In this document: in pieces, positions 1 through 11,018 of the stretch
Layout of the letters: every line of letters begins with the position of its first letter
How positions within the stretch are numbered: position 1 is the first letter of the stretch
Assembly: GCA_000004985.1 (NCBI GenBank)
Contig: GG738910.1
From: Naegleria gruberi
Taxonomy: Eukaryota
DNA: 64,000 nucleotides
Reading direction: 5' to 3' (one strand)
Notes under the pieces: model-generated
The model's database searches: none
The model's input: only the letters and a program-made list of their open reading frames with translations
Told to the model about the DNA's origin: nothing
Program-made: the position numbers and the translations under genes

Positions 1-1751
1 CACTTCATGGTGATGCTTTGAATCAAAGTATTAGAACAGCAGCATCCCAGGCAATTGAAGCAATATTTGAAAGAAATGAAAGTGGTTCCAAGTTTAAAGT
101 AAATATGGATTTGAATGGTTCCGATCAAAATTCTGGAAGAATTGGAACTGCACCAACTGGAGGATTTGGTGTTTTTGGAGGAGGAGTAGGAAGTTCAGAC
201 TATGGTAACGACTATACACACGCTTCCGATACTGAAAATAGACCAGCTTTTGGTGGAGGTTTTGGACCTAATACTCCTGCTTTTGGTGGAGGTTTTGGTT
301 CAAATACTGTTAATAATCAAGCTTCTAATGCAGGAAGAGTTGGTACCATGACTGGTATTGGTAGTACATTTGCGAATGAGCAAATAGCAAAACAAAATCA
401 ATCTGCTGGTTGGACTGGTACTCTCAGTAATTTAACAAACTACCTCCCAACTTGGTCTAAACAGAAGGATACTCACGGTATGGATAAAAACAATTTCCCA
501 GGACTAATTGCTGGATCAGAATACGAAGGTGCTGATGCAAATGGCTCATATGTTGGAGTTATTCTTCCACCTGGAGGATCTTCTGGTCTATCTGGATCAT
601 CTCATGTTCCTGGAAAGAAACTTTGGGAAACTGATACCCCTTCAACAAAATCAACTAACAATACAGTGGGAGAGTTAGAAATTAAGGTGGTGAATGAATT
701 TACTTCACCAGGAGGTATTCGTAAACCTGCTCCAACGAAGAAGGAATGTACAGACTTTGCTCAAAAGTGTTCATCGCTCAACTTATTGCAAGTAGCCGAA
801 TTATTGAATCAAAAATTGGATGATCATGAATGGATTGTAAGACTTAAGGCTCTGTATGGTATTGAGGCTCTTTTGAAGGCTGAAAATAAGGCTGTCACTG
901 AATTTTATTCCGAAAATTGTGAAAATATCTTAAAACAATCAGAATCCGTGCAAGAAAGTGTTAGACAACAAGCAGAAAAGGTTGCCAAATTGTTGAACTT
1001 TGATGAAGGAGATGATGCTCAGTATGGACCAACACTTCTCGAAGATTTTGGAGGCATGTCCATTTCAACCTCCTCTCCATCTACCTCTAAAACTACTAGA
1101 AAACAAATCAATTTTGTTCCATCCAGTGGTTCTACCACAACCACTAACAATAACTCAAATGATGCCTCTGACTTCTTTGATATGATGAATGATAATTCAA
1201 CAAGTAATTCAGGTGATGATATATTAAGCGGATTTGAGGTGAAGAACTACCAACCAACACCAAAGCAACCTGTTCAACAAAAGACAACAAGAACACCAAC
1301 AGAGACAAAGCCAAGAGTACAACCAAGTCAAAAGACTCCATCAAGTGCAACAACCCCAACCAAATCAGATTTGTTGGACCTTGATACCTTACTCTCTGCT
1401 CCAACAATTCCCTCCCAAAAGACAACTACCACTACACCAACATCCATTCCATACACTGTCCCTGTACAACAACCAATCTATGCTATTCCAACATATCCAC
1501 CAATGTACCAACCATATGGCGTAGTACCTCAACCTGGAGTACCAATTTACCCTGTTTATCAACAACCTTATTATCCACCACAAACCTTTGCAAATGTCGG
1601 AACAATTCCAAACAGATCAAATCCTCCTCCAATTATGCCAAAAGGTTCACAAAGTCAAGCTTTTGATTTTATCAATAATACTCAACCTCAAGAGCAACCA
1701 AAAGAAGAAAAGGATTCTTTTGATTTTGTTAAGCAAGTTTATCTTAAATAA
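1..1751 (+). CDS. 5'-truncated (window edge) low-complexity adaptor-like protein: FGGGFG repeats, helical VHS/ENTH-like segment (ECTDFAQKCSSLNLLQVAELLNQ...), clathrin-box-like DLLDLD, Pro/Gln/Tyr-rich tail
   Basis: The frame is open from base 1 with no upstream stop. The long ORF stops with TAA at 1749-1751. The L[LI][DEN][LF][DE] clathrin-box consensus is matched by SDLLDLDTLL. Confidence 0.45.
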   Translation, partial: LHGDALNQSIRTAASQAIEAIFERNESGSKFKVNMDLNGSDQNSGRIGTAPTGGFGVFGGGVGSSDYGNDYTHASDTENRPAFGGGFGPNTPAFGGGFGSNTVNNQASNAGRVGTMTGIGSTFANEQIAKQNQSAGWTGTLSNLTNYLPTWSKQKDTHGMDKNNFPGLIAGSEYEGADANGSYVGVILPPGGSSGLSGSSHVPGKKLWETDTPSTKSTNNTVGELEIKVVNEFTSPGGIRKPAPTKKECTDFAQKCSSLNLLQVAELLNQKLDDHEWIVRLKALYGIEALLKAENKAVTEFYSENCENILKQSESVQESVRQQAEKVAKLLNFDEGDDAQYGPTLLEDFGGMSISTSSPSTSKTTRKQINFVPSSGSTTTTNNNSNDASDFFDMMNDNSTSNSGDDILSGFEVKNYQPTPKQPVQQKTTRTPTETKPRVQPSQKTPSSATTPTKSDLLDLDTLLSAPTIPSQKTTTTTPTSIPYTVPVQQPIYAIPTYPPMYQPYGVVPQPGVPIYPVYQQPYYPPQTFANVGTIPNRSNPPPIMPKGSQSQAFDFINNTQPQEQPKEEKDSFDFVKQVYLK

Positions 1752-1773
1752 AGTTTTGTTTTATGTACAATTT

Positions 1774-2238
1774 TTACTCGATTTCACCAATAGCGTCTAT
1801 TGGATCCTTAGTATCATCATTATCAACTGCCTTATTATCTCCAAATTCTTCTTCAATGTTATCCAGTTCTTTTGGAACATCATCATTATTATTAGCAGCT
1901 GATTCATCCATTTTCTTCATTTCTTCAGCAATCAATTCGTTCAATTCCTCATCTTCTGCCTCTTTCTTTTCTGCTGACTGATTTAAATCAGTTTGAGGGT
2001 TTTCAACCATTTCCTCTAAAATATCGTTATTGTTTGTTGTTCCATTATTATCAGTTTGTTCTTGAGTGTTTTTTGGAACATCACCTGTTGTTGTATTAAG
2101 TTGTTCCGACGATATATCTTGGACAACTGTTGTTGATGTATTATTTACAGGTTCTACTGTATCTTTGTCCCTTGGCGATTCTGGTTGTTGGCTATTGGCG
2201 ACATCAGTGGCTTTAGTCGTTGAACAAGAACTTCCCAT
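1774..2238 (-). CDS. small acidic protein with N-terminal MGSSCS (N-myristoylation/palmitoylation consensus) and D/E-rich C-terminus
   Basis: 154-aa ORF with an ATG start; MGxxxS/T motif; no homolog recognised. Confidence 0.35.
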   Translation of the reverse strand: MGSSCSTTKATDVANSQQPESPRDKDTVEPVNNTSTTVVQDISSEQLNTTTGDVPKNTQEQTDNNGTTNNNDILEEMVENPQTDLNQSAEKKEAEDEELNELIAEEMKKMDESAANNNDDVPKELDNIEEEFGDNKAVDNDDTKDPIDAIGEIE

Positions 2239-2540
2239 TCTAATGAATCTCTTGTTGTTACGTTTTTTTCAGTTGTGTGGCAAATTCATTAAAAACCACT
2301 GAAAGTACCAACCGTTTAATGTGGGAACTTGTTATTGAGGGTGATTGATATTGAGCGACACAACAAAATATCATTCAATTTTTAAAATCGATGTATTTAA
2401 TTCTAATTGAAAAGTAAAGTGGCTTAAATTTTCTTCCAAATTCTTTGGATTAATAATTTTATTATCAAATATCAATACATCAATGTATTTAAATATTTTC
2501 AATTAAATAACATTCAATCAATTTTGTCGTCTTCAAAAAA

Positions 2541-5342
2541 ATGCAAAAACTGACTGTTAAACTTTTAAACAAGGCTTCCTCATCCATCAACGGCAGTTAT
2601 CTTCAACAGGTGTTGGCACAAAATTCATGCCGTCATCTATCCCAAAGAGCAGCCTTTTCTACATCAATAATTAAAAGAGAAGATGTTGTAGTTGAATCAC
2701 AGGACTCAAATGCCTCTTTCAGAAAACCTGCATGGGAAAATAACATCACAACAGCCACCCTCTTCGAAGAAAATCCTGCCATTGAAGAAGGTATTGTCGT
2801 TTCTCAAGGTTTATACGGAGAACAAGCAGCTAAGTTGGAAAGAGACAGCAGAAACCAAATTCAAAAGAAGTTTGAACAATTTATTGGTGAAATCGGACAA
2901 CAAATTGATGAAGTTAAATTGTTACTTAAACAAAAAGAATTAGAAACACGTTCTATGGATATTGCAAAGGCTAGGTATAGAAAAGATTTAAAATCAGCCA
3001 CATCAAGAAATCAAAGTGCTTGCCTTCCACCAGCAAAGAAAATAATGTTGGAATGGTATGAACCATTAACAAAAATTATTCGAGAAAAACAAGATGAAGT
3101 TAATTTCTCTTGTTCTAAAAAGAAATCATCATCAACCAATACTACAACCACCACTTCCCAAGACAATTTTGCCATTCCTCTCTACCTAACCTCCATTTCA
3201 GCTGAAAAACTCGCCATTATCACTCTCCATGAACTTTTGGCATCATGTCTCAAAGAAAGAGGTGGATCACCAGTTTCTTCAATTTCCTATCAAATTGGTG
3301 ACGCTATCCAAGCAGAAATTAACGTTGAAAAGTTGAAGAGGACAAACTATTTTAAACTCATCATTAAGAATCAAATGATTTACCACAATATTAACAAAAT
3401 CTCCAAATTGAAATTGAATGAATACGTTACATTCACAAAGGAAGAGCTCGTACAATTGGGCTCGTATTTAATTCAACTTGCTCTCTCCACTGCCCACGTA
3501 CCTCTTATCTCAAATCCAAAAGAAACAGTTCCTGCCTTCATTCACAGAAATATTACCAGAAATTCCAAGATTATTGGTGTAGTTGAACCAGATGATAATT
3601 TACTTCATTTAATTGGTAGAGAACACGTCGCTCAAGAAATATTATATCCAAATCATTTGCCAATGTTGGTTCCTCCAAATCCATGGACAAGTTCTACCGC
3701 TGGTGGTTACATCGCTCTTAAAGTTTTAATAATGAGAACAAGAGGTTCTCACTTACAGGCCTATACACTAAAGTCTGCCGAATTGAACGATCTTTTATCT
3801 GGTTTAAATACACTCAATGAAACTAGATGGAGAATCAATCCAACAGTATATGAAACAGTTCTTAAAGTTTGGAATTCAGGAGGTGGATTGGGAGAATTGC
3901 CATCAAGATTTGACGATACTCTTCCAGAAGAACCAGAAACTGATGATCCAGAAATTAAGAAAAAATGGAAACGTACAGTAGAAAAGATTAAGACTCACAA
4001 TAGAAACTTACACTCTCTCAGATGTGACATGCTTCTCAAACTTAAAGTTGCTGAAGATTTCAAGGATAACACTTTCTATTTCCCACACAACATCGATTTT
4101 AGAGGAAGAGCTTATCCAATCCCTCCTCATTTGAACCATCTTGGTGCTGATATCAACAGAGGTTTACTCACTTTTGAAAAGGGAATGCCAATTGGTAAGA
4201 GGGGTATCTTTTGGCTCAAGATTCACTTGGCAAACTTGTACGGAAAAGACAAATTACCATTCGATGAAAGAGTTCAATTTGTTGATGAATATATTAATGA
4301 AATTATTGATTCTGCCGATCAACCTTTAGAAGGAAACAGATGGTGGTTGAAATCTGAAAATCCATGGCAAACATTGGCAGCTTGTGTCGAACTTGCTGAG
4401 TGTTTGCGCTCTCCAAACCCAGAAGAATTCTTATCACATCTCCCAATTCAAATGGATGGTTCATGTAATGGTTTACAGCATTATGCTGCCCTTGGTAGAG
4501 ATAACCTTGGTGCTTTGCATGTGAACTTGTTACCAACCTCTAAGCCTATGGACGTCTATGTTGGTGTATTGGAAGTTGTAAAGAAACATATTGAAAGAGA
4601 TATGAAGGCAGGAAACAAACTTGCTAAACTTTTGCATGGTAATGTTTACAGGTCTACAATTAAGCAAACTGTCATGACCAGTGTGTATGGTGTGACATTT
4701 GTCGGAGCTAGAGAACAAATTCAAAAACGTCTTAAGGAAAAGAAGGAAGTTCCAGAAGATGATGTATTTGCCTGTGCCTCATACCTTGCTTCTATTACAC
4801 TTAAATCACTTGGTGAAGTTTTTAGTAGTGCTCAAAATATTATGGAATGGCTCAATGATTGTGCTCTTTTAATATCCTCATCAGATACACCTGTAAGCTG
4901 GATTACACCTTTGGGTTTACCTGTCATTCAACCATACAGATCTAAACGATCAAAGATTGTGAAGACGGTTATGCAAAGCATTACTCTTGCCGATTCATCT
5001 GATAAACTTCCAGTAAGCAGAACCAGACAAAAATCCGCATTCCCACCTAACTATGTTCACTCCCTTGATTCATCCCACATGTTTATGACTGCTAGTGCAT
5101 GTCAAAAAGAAGGAATTGAATTTGCTGCTGTTCACGACTCTTTCTGGTGTAATGCTGGTAACGTTGACAGAATGAACACAATTATCAGAGAACAATTCAT
5201 CAATCTCCATTCTCAACCTTTGCTTGAAGAATTGAATGCTACCTTTACTAATTTATATCCACAAATCCAATTCCCACCTCTTCCAAAGAAGGGATCTTTA
5301 GATTTAACTCGAGTTTTAGATGCCCCATATTTCTTCGATTAA
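2541..5342 (+). CDS. mitochondrial DNA-directed RNA polymerase, single-subunit T7-phage type
   Basis: 933-aa ORF with T7-like RNAP motifs (FPHNIDFRGRAYP, MDGSCNGLQHYAALGRD, AAVHDSFW) and an N-terminal presequence-like region. AAAATG start context. Confidence 0.9.
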   Translation: MQKLTVKLLNKASSSINGSYLQQVLAQNSCRHLSQRAAFSTSIIKREDVVVESQDSNASFRKPAWENNITTATLFEENPAIEEGIVVSQGLYGEQAAKLERDSRNQIQKKFEQFIGEIGQQIDEVKLLLKQKELETRSMDIAKARYRKDLKSATSRNQSACLPPAKKIMLEWYEPLTKIIREKQDEVNFSCSKKKSSSTNTTTTTSQDNFAIPLYLTSISAEKLAIITLHELLASCLKERGGSPVSSISYQIGDAIQAEINVEKLKRTNYFKLIIKNQMIYHNINKISKLKLNEYVTFTKEELVQLGSYLIQLALSTAHVPLISNPKETVPAFIHRNITRNSKIIGVVEPDDNLLHLIGREHVAQEILYPNHLPMLVPPNPWTSSTAGGYIALKVLIMRTRGSHLQAYTLKSAELNDLLSGLNTLNETRWRINPTVYETVLKVWNSGGGLGELPSRFDDTLPEEPETDDPEIKKKWKRTVEKIKTHNRNLHSLRCDMLLKLKVAEDFKDNTFYFPHNIDFRGRAYPIPPHLNHLGADINRGLLTFEKGMPIGKRGIFWLKIHLANLYGKDKLPFDERVQFVDEYINEIIDSADQPLEGNRWWLKSENPWQTLAACVELAECLRSPNPEEFLSHLPIQMDGSCNGLQHYAALGRDNLGALHVNLLPTSKPMDVYVGVLEVVKKHIERDMKAGNKLAKLLHGNVYRSTIKQTVMTSVYGVTFVGAREQIQKRLKEKKEVPEDDVFACASYLASITLKSLGEVFSSAQNIMEWLNDCALLISSSDTPVSWITPLGLPVIQPYRSKRSKIVKTVMQSITLADSSDKLPVSRTRQKSAFPPNYVHSLDSSHMFMTASACQKEGIEFAAVHDSFWCNAGNVDRMNTIIREQFINLHSQPLLEELNATFTNLYPQIQFPPLPKKGSLDLTRVLDAPYFFD

Positions 5343-5475
5343 CAAGTTTCTTCTAATAAATCATACCACCTTTTCGATTTTTACGTAGTCTTCGGAGCTC
5401 TTTCTCCGTTTGCCAAATTTTCTATTTAAAAATTTATAAAATAAAATATTTATTTTTTAATCATAATAATAAAAA

Positions 5476-6240
5476 ATGTCTGACTCAAAGAATAGACTTC
5501 AAGTCCTTCCAAGTCGTATGACTTTGTCTAACATGAAAATTCGTTTGCAAGGTGCCAAGAAGGGTTACAGTTTATTAAAGAAAAAGTCTGATGCTTTGAA
5601 TATTAAATTCCGTTCCATCTTGAAGGATATCAAGGATCAAAAGGAAGGCATGTCGGATATGTTCCGTAAAGCCTACTTCTCACTTGCTGAAGCTCGTTAT
5701 AATGCTGGAGATATTTCATATGCTGTGATTGAAAGTGTTAAAAGTGCTGCTACAAAAGTCAAGATGCGTACAGACAATATTGCTGGTGTTACTTTGCCAG
5801 TTTTCCAACAAGATGATAGTTCACAAAGTGAAGAAGGAATGACATCAATGATTTCACGTGGTGGTGAACAAATTCAAAACTGTAAATCCATCTTTACTGA
5901 AGCACTTCAAAGTCTCATCAAACTTGCCAGTTTACAAACCAGTTTCGTTACACTCGATCAAGCAATCAAATTAACAAATCGTCGTGTTAACGCTTTGGAA
6001 AAGGTTATTCAACCAAGAATTCAAAATACTATTAGTTATATTATCAGTGAATTGGATGAATTGGAAAGAGAGGAATTCTTTAGATTGAAGAAGATTCGTA
6101 ACAAGAAGATCAAGGACGCTCAAAGGAAACAAAAGATTGCTGATGAATTGAAGAAGTTGAATCCAACATCATCCGAACCAGTTCATCAAACCCAACAAAA
6201 GAACGTTTTGGATACATTCGATGATGAAATTGTTGTGTAA
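5476..6240 (+). CDS. V-type proton ATPase subunit D
   Basis: 254 aa. The N-terminus [34 protein letters not shown] and the segment [26 protein letters not shown] match conserved V1 subunit D blocks. Confidence 0.92.
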   Translation: MSDSKNRLQVLPSRMTLSNMKIRLQGAKKGYSLLKKKSDALNIKFRSILKDIKDQKEGMSDMFRKAYFSLAEARYNAGDISYAVIESVKSAATKVKMRTDNIAGVTLPVFQQDDSSQSEEGMTSMISRGGEQIQNCKSIFTEALQSLIKLASLQTSFVTLDQAIKLTNRRVNALEKVIQPRIQNTISYIISELDELEREEFFRLKKIRNKKIKDAQRKQKIADELKKLNPTSSEPVHQTQQKNVLDTFDDEIVV

Positions 6241-6441
6241 ATTATTAATAAAAACCCATTTAATTAAAAATTAGTTTACTTCTAAGATTTTTACAAGGAG
6301 ATTGTCCAAACTTATTCAAACATATGACAATTGAGGTCTTCTCTACTTTCATCCCTATTGGTTTCTTAATTGAGCCAGTAACCGTTGGAATGAAAGAGTG
6401 CCACCCATGTACGACCTTGACTCAAACAACATCAAATAAAA

Positions 6442-8907
6442 ATGTCCACAAGACTAGTGGATTACATTGCAGTTGTTGGCTCTCCCTATGACCCCAGGGA
6501 AATGATGCACACCAAGAGGTTGTCGTCAACAATAACAAAATACACTTCAACAGTGGGAAGGGATCAAACAATTGATAGTGAAGAAGATGAAGAACAGAGA
6601 AGTAATTTATCTGAAGTTGAATCTGAAACTTTGTCTGTTGGGGAAAATTCATCTAATATAATTGATGATAAAGTTTCTGTTGGAGTTGTAGTCGAGGAGG
6701 TAGGAATGAATAGTTATGATGCAGTGTTTGATAATAGTGCGGAAATGTTTATGGACAAACTTAGGAAACCAATTGTATTGGACAGATATCCAAGAGAGGA
6801 CTATCCTTCAGCTCCACTATCACCTGAAATACCTCTCTTTTGTTTTCCGAATGGAGAGATTGGAATTCGTATTGATGAATGTACTTTACCAATGTATTAT
6901 ACTTTTGTTTTAACTGCTGCTGATGGTAACAAAACCTATGGAGCTTGCCTAAATATTTGGGAGGAATATCATTTGGAAGATGAATTATTGAATACTGAAA
7001 AGAAGGATAATGATGACGGAATGATTTCCATAACTTTTGATCCAATCAAGACTGAACGAGAGACTTCTACAATTTATATGTCAAAAAGCATTGTACTAAT
7101 TTCTCATTATCCATTCTATAATTTATTCAAATTCTTTCTGACTCAAATGTATAGAATTAGTATTACACCATCTAAAATACCAATTGAAAGATTTATTTCA
7201 AATTTCATTTTTGAGGTACCTCTACCTTGTCAGGGAAAAGTACAGGTCCACTACAGCATTGGTGATAAGGAGATTTTTATAACAAGACCTCCACCTAATG
7301 AGTTACCGATGGCTGAAGTTGATTTTGAACTCTTATTTTGTACATTAAGCATTGAGAACATTATGATTTTATTTGATTTAGTATTACAAGAAAAAAAAAT
7401 TTTATTTACTTCAAGTCATGTAGCTTTATTGACTCAAATTTCTGAGATTATTTGCCATTTAGTGTTTCCTTTCAAGTGGCACCATATTTATATTCCATTA
7501 TTACCTGCCAAATGTGCAGAATTTTTATTTGCTCCAGTTCCCTTTATGATGGGATTGGCAAAGGATTTTGTAAATAATATCGAGATACCATCAGATGTTT
7601 TCCAAATAGATTTGGATAACAATCAAATTGTTTGTTCAAAGCAGCAATCAATTCCAAATCTTCCTGAAAAACAAAAGATTAGATTACAAAACACTTTGAA
7701 TAGCTTGGTAAGGACAAAAGTTGGATCCCAAAGAGCTATTGATAAGTTGCACTTTGTAGATCTAGCTTATGCTATGGCTCCAATTACAGAAGAGATTGAC
7801 CCAAAAACAGGAGAGGCATTTCCATTCCCAACACGAGAAGTAAGAATGGCTTTCACACGATTTTTCGTTTCTCTCTTTTTCAAATATAAGAATTTTTTCA
7901 GAGAAGCTCAGGATTCTGAGCTAGAGAGCATGTTAGATTTAGATCATTTCTTTAATAAGAATGCATTCACACACCAACTTCCAGAACAGGCTAGATCATT
8001 TATGGAAATATTTCTGCATACTCAAACATTTGAAAGGTTTTTATTAGATAGATTGGAAAAAGTAAATCAGAATGAAGTTCAATATTTCGAAGAATTAATG
8101 ATACAGAAAGATAATGAATCAAAGTTCAAGTTCAGAAAGCAACCAACCCCATTTCTCTCCAAAAATTTTGCCATCTCAAGAACGTTGATGGCTCTTTCAC
8201 CAGATAACTCCAATCTTACTTCAAGTACTGAACCATATATTTATTTATATTTTCCAACTAAGTTAGATCATACGCTATTCACTAAAAGAGAATATACTCA
8301 ACTATTAGTTTCAGAATCTGACGTGGTTTCTAATAATGAAATTAACTTATCATGGAAATCTTGTATTGCTGCTCTCTCATCCCTTTCTACAAATCAGTAC
8401 TCCAACAAAACAGATAATAATACAAAGATGGCATCAGCAAATATAATACTAGATGAAAATAGAAATGAGAACCTTTTTGATAGATTCTCATTCCAGACGG
8501 ATTCAAAATGTTATCATTGTGAGCATATTTGTAAGGAATCTGAAATAAGGTCTGGTTGGAGTTCAAGTAATTCGCAGAGTTATACAACAACATGTACACA
8601 TTGCTCCAAACAATTCGTTCCTTACTTTTCAGTTTACTTTAAACTTCCTTCAGTCACACAAGAATTACACCAGTTAACCTCTGTTGAATATCTATCACCT
8701 CTAGTGATAAGAAAAGAAATTGAAAATTTGATATCACATGATGTCAAAGCAGATTCTGCCCTGTGTTGGCAGCACCCAGTACTTTTTTGGAATCTTGTGG
8801 TACATTTCAGATCACTTCCTCTTTCGTTTATATTTCCATGTATTGATTGGAATGCTATTCAATCTCATCTTGTTACATCTCTATCTCAAAATTCTACTGT
8901 TAATTGA
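6442..8907 (+). CDS. DENN domain-containing protein (uDENN-DENN-dDENN; Rab GEF family)
   Basis: 821 aa. uDENN segment YTFVLTAADGNKTYGACLNIWEEY; core DENN segment FITRPPPNELPMAEVDF...LFDLVLQEKKILFTSSHVALLTQISEIICHLVFPFKW. Confidence 0.8.
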   Translation: MSTRLVDYIAVVGSPYDPREMMHTKRLSSTITKYTSTVGRDQTIDSEEDEEQRSNLSEVESETLSVGENSSNIIDDKVSVGVVVEEVGMNSYDAVFDNSAEMFMDKLRKPIVLDRYPREDYPSAPLSPEIPLFCFPNGEIGIRIDECTLPMYYTFVLTAADGNKTYGACLNIWEEYHLEDELLNTEKKDNDDGMISITFDPIKTERETSTIYMSKSIVLISHYPFYNLFKFFLTQMYRISITPSKIPIERFISNFIFEVPLPCQGKVQVHYSIGDKEIFITRPPPNELPMAEVDFELLFCTLSIENIMILFDLVLQEKKILFTSSHVALLTQISEIICHLVFPFKWHHIYIPLLPAKCAEFLFAPVPFMMGLAKDFVNNIEIPSDVFQIDLDNNQIVCSKQQSIPNLPEKQKIRLQNTLNSLVRTKVGSQRAIDKLHFVDLAYAMAPITEEIDPKTGEAFPFPTREVRMAFTRFFVSLFFKYKNFFREAQDSELESMLDLDHFFNKNAFTHQLPEQARSFMEIFLHTQTFERFLLDRLEKVNQNEVQYFEELMIQKDNESKFKFRKQPTPFLSKNFAISRTLMALSPDNSNLTSSTEPYIYLYFPTKLDHTLFTKREYTQLLVSESDVVSNNEINLSWKSCIAALSSLSTNQYSNKTDNNTKMASANIILDENRNENLFDRFSFQTDSKCYHCEHICKESEIRSGWSSSNSQSYTTTCTHCSKQFVPYFSVYFKLPSVTQELHQLTSVEYLSPLVIRKEIENLISHDVKADSALCWQHPVLFWNLVVHFRSLPLSFIFPCIDWNAIQSHLVTSLSQNSTVN

Positions 8908-9192
8908 ACCAGCTGCCCTGTCCAATTTAAAATGAGCAAGATTTTAATTATGATTTGTAGTATTTAGATAACTAAATAAATGAATTATAGTATTAATATA
9001 ACCTCTTGACGTTGAATAACTGAAACAAAGGAGCTGTTTGTCGTTAATGGATGGGTATTAAAACTCTAATTGAATATACTTCAAACAAAGAAAAATCTGA
9101 ATAGCCTTCAAAAGGAATCAAGCTCTGAGAAAACTCAAATATTCATGTATTGAATCATACATATGGTCCTTCTGTTTAGCACGATCTAAAAA

Positions 9193-10860
9193 ATGTCTCC
9201 ATACCCTACAACAGGCTTTGGATTTCATAGTATAGGGAAATTTTTGAAACAAGGAGATGATAAATCCTTATTACCTCATTTTCAACAGGCCGAAAACACC
9301 TCAAATATATTTATCTTAAGAAGATATAGATGGTTTTTGGTTGGTGTTTTCGTGTGTTTCTTTATGTGTTTTGTACGGTGGAATACTAATTCTGAGGATG
9401 AAATCAATAATAATACTGTGATCATAACCTCTGATCATAAAATTGGAAACAAGATTGAATCAATGCAAACTCATTCTACACTTGTGGTGAGTGAACAAGG
9501 CATTAGACTTGAACCAGAGGTGAAGCAGGTACCTATGGTTAAGGAGGATCCAAAACACACCTTCACCGGAATTTTATTACATTTTAAAAGAAGAAATGGT
9601 ATTAAGAAAATCCTTTCAATGATGATTAAATACCCTTTTATTTCTCAAGTAATTGTGTGGAATAACAATCCTGACGTTAGCATAACTCACCAAAATCTGA
9701 TAGAGGACTATCTTTCTGATGGAGAAAAATCAAAAACACTCGAAAAGTACAAGGAAATGGTTTTTATTCACAATCATAATGAAAATATTAAGGACAAAGC
9801 AAAATATTTAGCTTGTGAATTGGCAAATACTACAGCTTGTTTCTACTGTGATGATGATTGGGATATAACAAGATACGCCAACGCTCTACTAGCAGACTTC
9901 TACAATGAGCCTAGCGTTATGCATAGTGTAACAGAACCATACACGTATTACACAAACCTTGTTTGGTCCTTTTATGATTCAAATATTAATCTTCACACAG
10001 CTTTTGCTTGGATTGGTTGTGGGTCTATGTTCTTGAAGTCACTTGCTGTTAACCACCTCCAAAAAGTTGACAAGTTTTTGGAATCGAATCCAAAATTGAA
10101 AAATCTTGTTCCTCTGAGTGATATATTTTTCTCAATATGGCAAAATAATGCTCCTTCACAGATTGTTGCTAACATTGCAGAAATAAGTGTAGAGAAGGAA
10201 AATGTGGCATTTTCTAGTCAGGGTGGGTTTTTACAATTACAACATGAATCAAGTATGATGGCTATTAAGATTCTTCATGATGAACTCACATACAACTCTT
10301 TCTTTACAATATTCCCAAAGAAAGAGATTGAAAATCCATTTCCTCTCTTCCTTAAATCACCTTCTTCAAAGGATTCATTCTTATTTTATTCAGACTTGTT
10401 TCCGTTCTTATTGAAAAATGTTTCCTTTGACATTACAAACCATGTTCATGCAAAAAGAAGCACTAGAGATAACCTTCCTCAAGGTGCTGATGTTGATTTT
10501 TTTTACAACAACAACCCAACAAGGGCGGTTGATTCTGATCCATCATCTTGTTGGCAATCAAACAGAAACGTTGGCATGGACAGTTTTTTTGGAGTGGATC
10601 TGTATTCTGTTGTAACAGATATCGCTATTGAAATTATTTACTCACACACAAAAGATTTTCATGCAACCCTCAAAACAAGACACTCCATTGACAGGAAAAA
10701 TTGGGTTGACACAAGTGCAGCCAGCTATGAATCGAATAACTTTTCTCGCCACTCATTCAAAGACTCAGTAAGATATATCGAGTTCTTCACTCAAACTGGC
10801 TCAAGAAACAAATTTGGTATTTGTGATTTTAAAGTTTTCAAGAATGGAACCTCTATCTAA
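9193..10860 (+). CDS. type II membrane (Golgi glycosyltransferase-like) protein with C-terminal discoidin/F5-8 type C-like domain
   Basis: 555 aa. N-terminal signal-anchor WFLVGVFVCFFMCFV and a CDDDWD (DxD-like) motif. The C-terminal ...SCWQSNRNVGMDSFFGVDLYSV...ICDF resembles FA58C. Motif-level call only. Confidence 0.4.
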   Translation: MSPYPTTGFGFHSIGKFLKQGDDKSLLPHFQQAENTSNIFILRRYRWFLVGVFVCFFMCFVRWNTNSEDEINNNTVIITSDHKIGNKIESMQTHSTLVVSEQGIRLEPEVKQVPMVKEDPKHTFTGILLHFKRRNGIKKILSMMIKYPFISQVIVWNNNPDVSITHQNLIEDYLSDGEKSKTLEKYKEMVFIHNHNENIKDKAKYLACELANTTACFYCDDDWDITRYANALLADFYNEPSVMHSVTEPYTYYTNLVWSFYDSNINLHTAFAWIGCGSMFLKSLAVNHLQKVDKFLESNPKLKNLVPLSDIFFSIWQNNAPSQIVANIAEISVEKENVAFSSQGGFLQLQHESSMMAIKILHDELTYNSFFTIFPKKEIENPFPLFLKSPSSKDSFLFYSDLFPFLLKNVSFDITNHVHAKRSTRDNLPQGADVDFFYNNNPTRAVDSDPSSCWQSNRNVGMDSFFGVDLYSVVTDIAIEIIYSHTKDFHATLKTRHSIDRKNWVDTSAASYESNNFSRHSFKDSVRYIEFFTQTGSRNKFGICDFKVFKNGTSI

Positions 10861-11018
10861 TAAAATCCGTTGCAGTACTACTAATGGGACTGAATTGCAA
10901 TAAATTTAGCACTAGATATTAAAAAAAAAACAAAAATGGTGCTAGAGGAATTAACAGATGCCGAAAGACCTTCATCACAAAAGAAGAAAAAGGAAAACAA
11001 CCACTTCCACCCGATGCT

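Noticed and set aside
1144-1583. minus-strand ORFs (93 and 64 aa) inside the 1..1751 gene; likewise 31237..31608, 36283..36621, 40398..40880, 42795..43193 and many others
   Set aside because: These are antisense shadow ORFs inside well-supported genes. They have low-complexity or composition-driven sequence and no start context.
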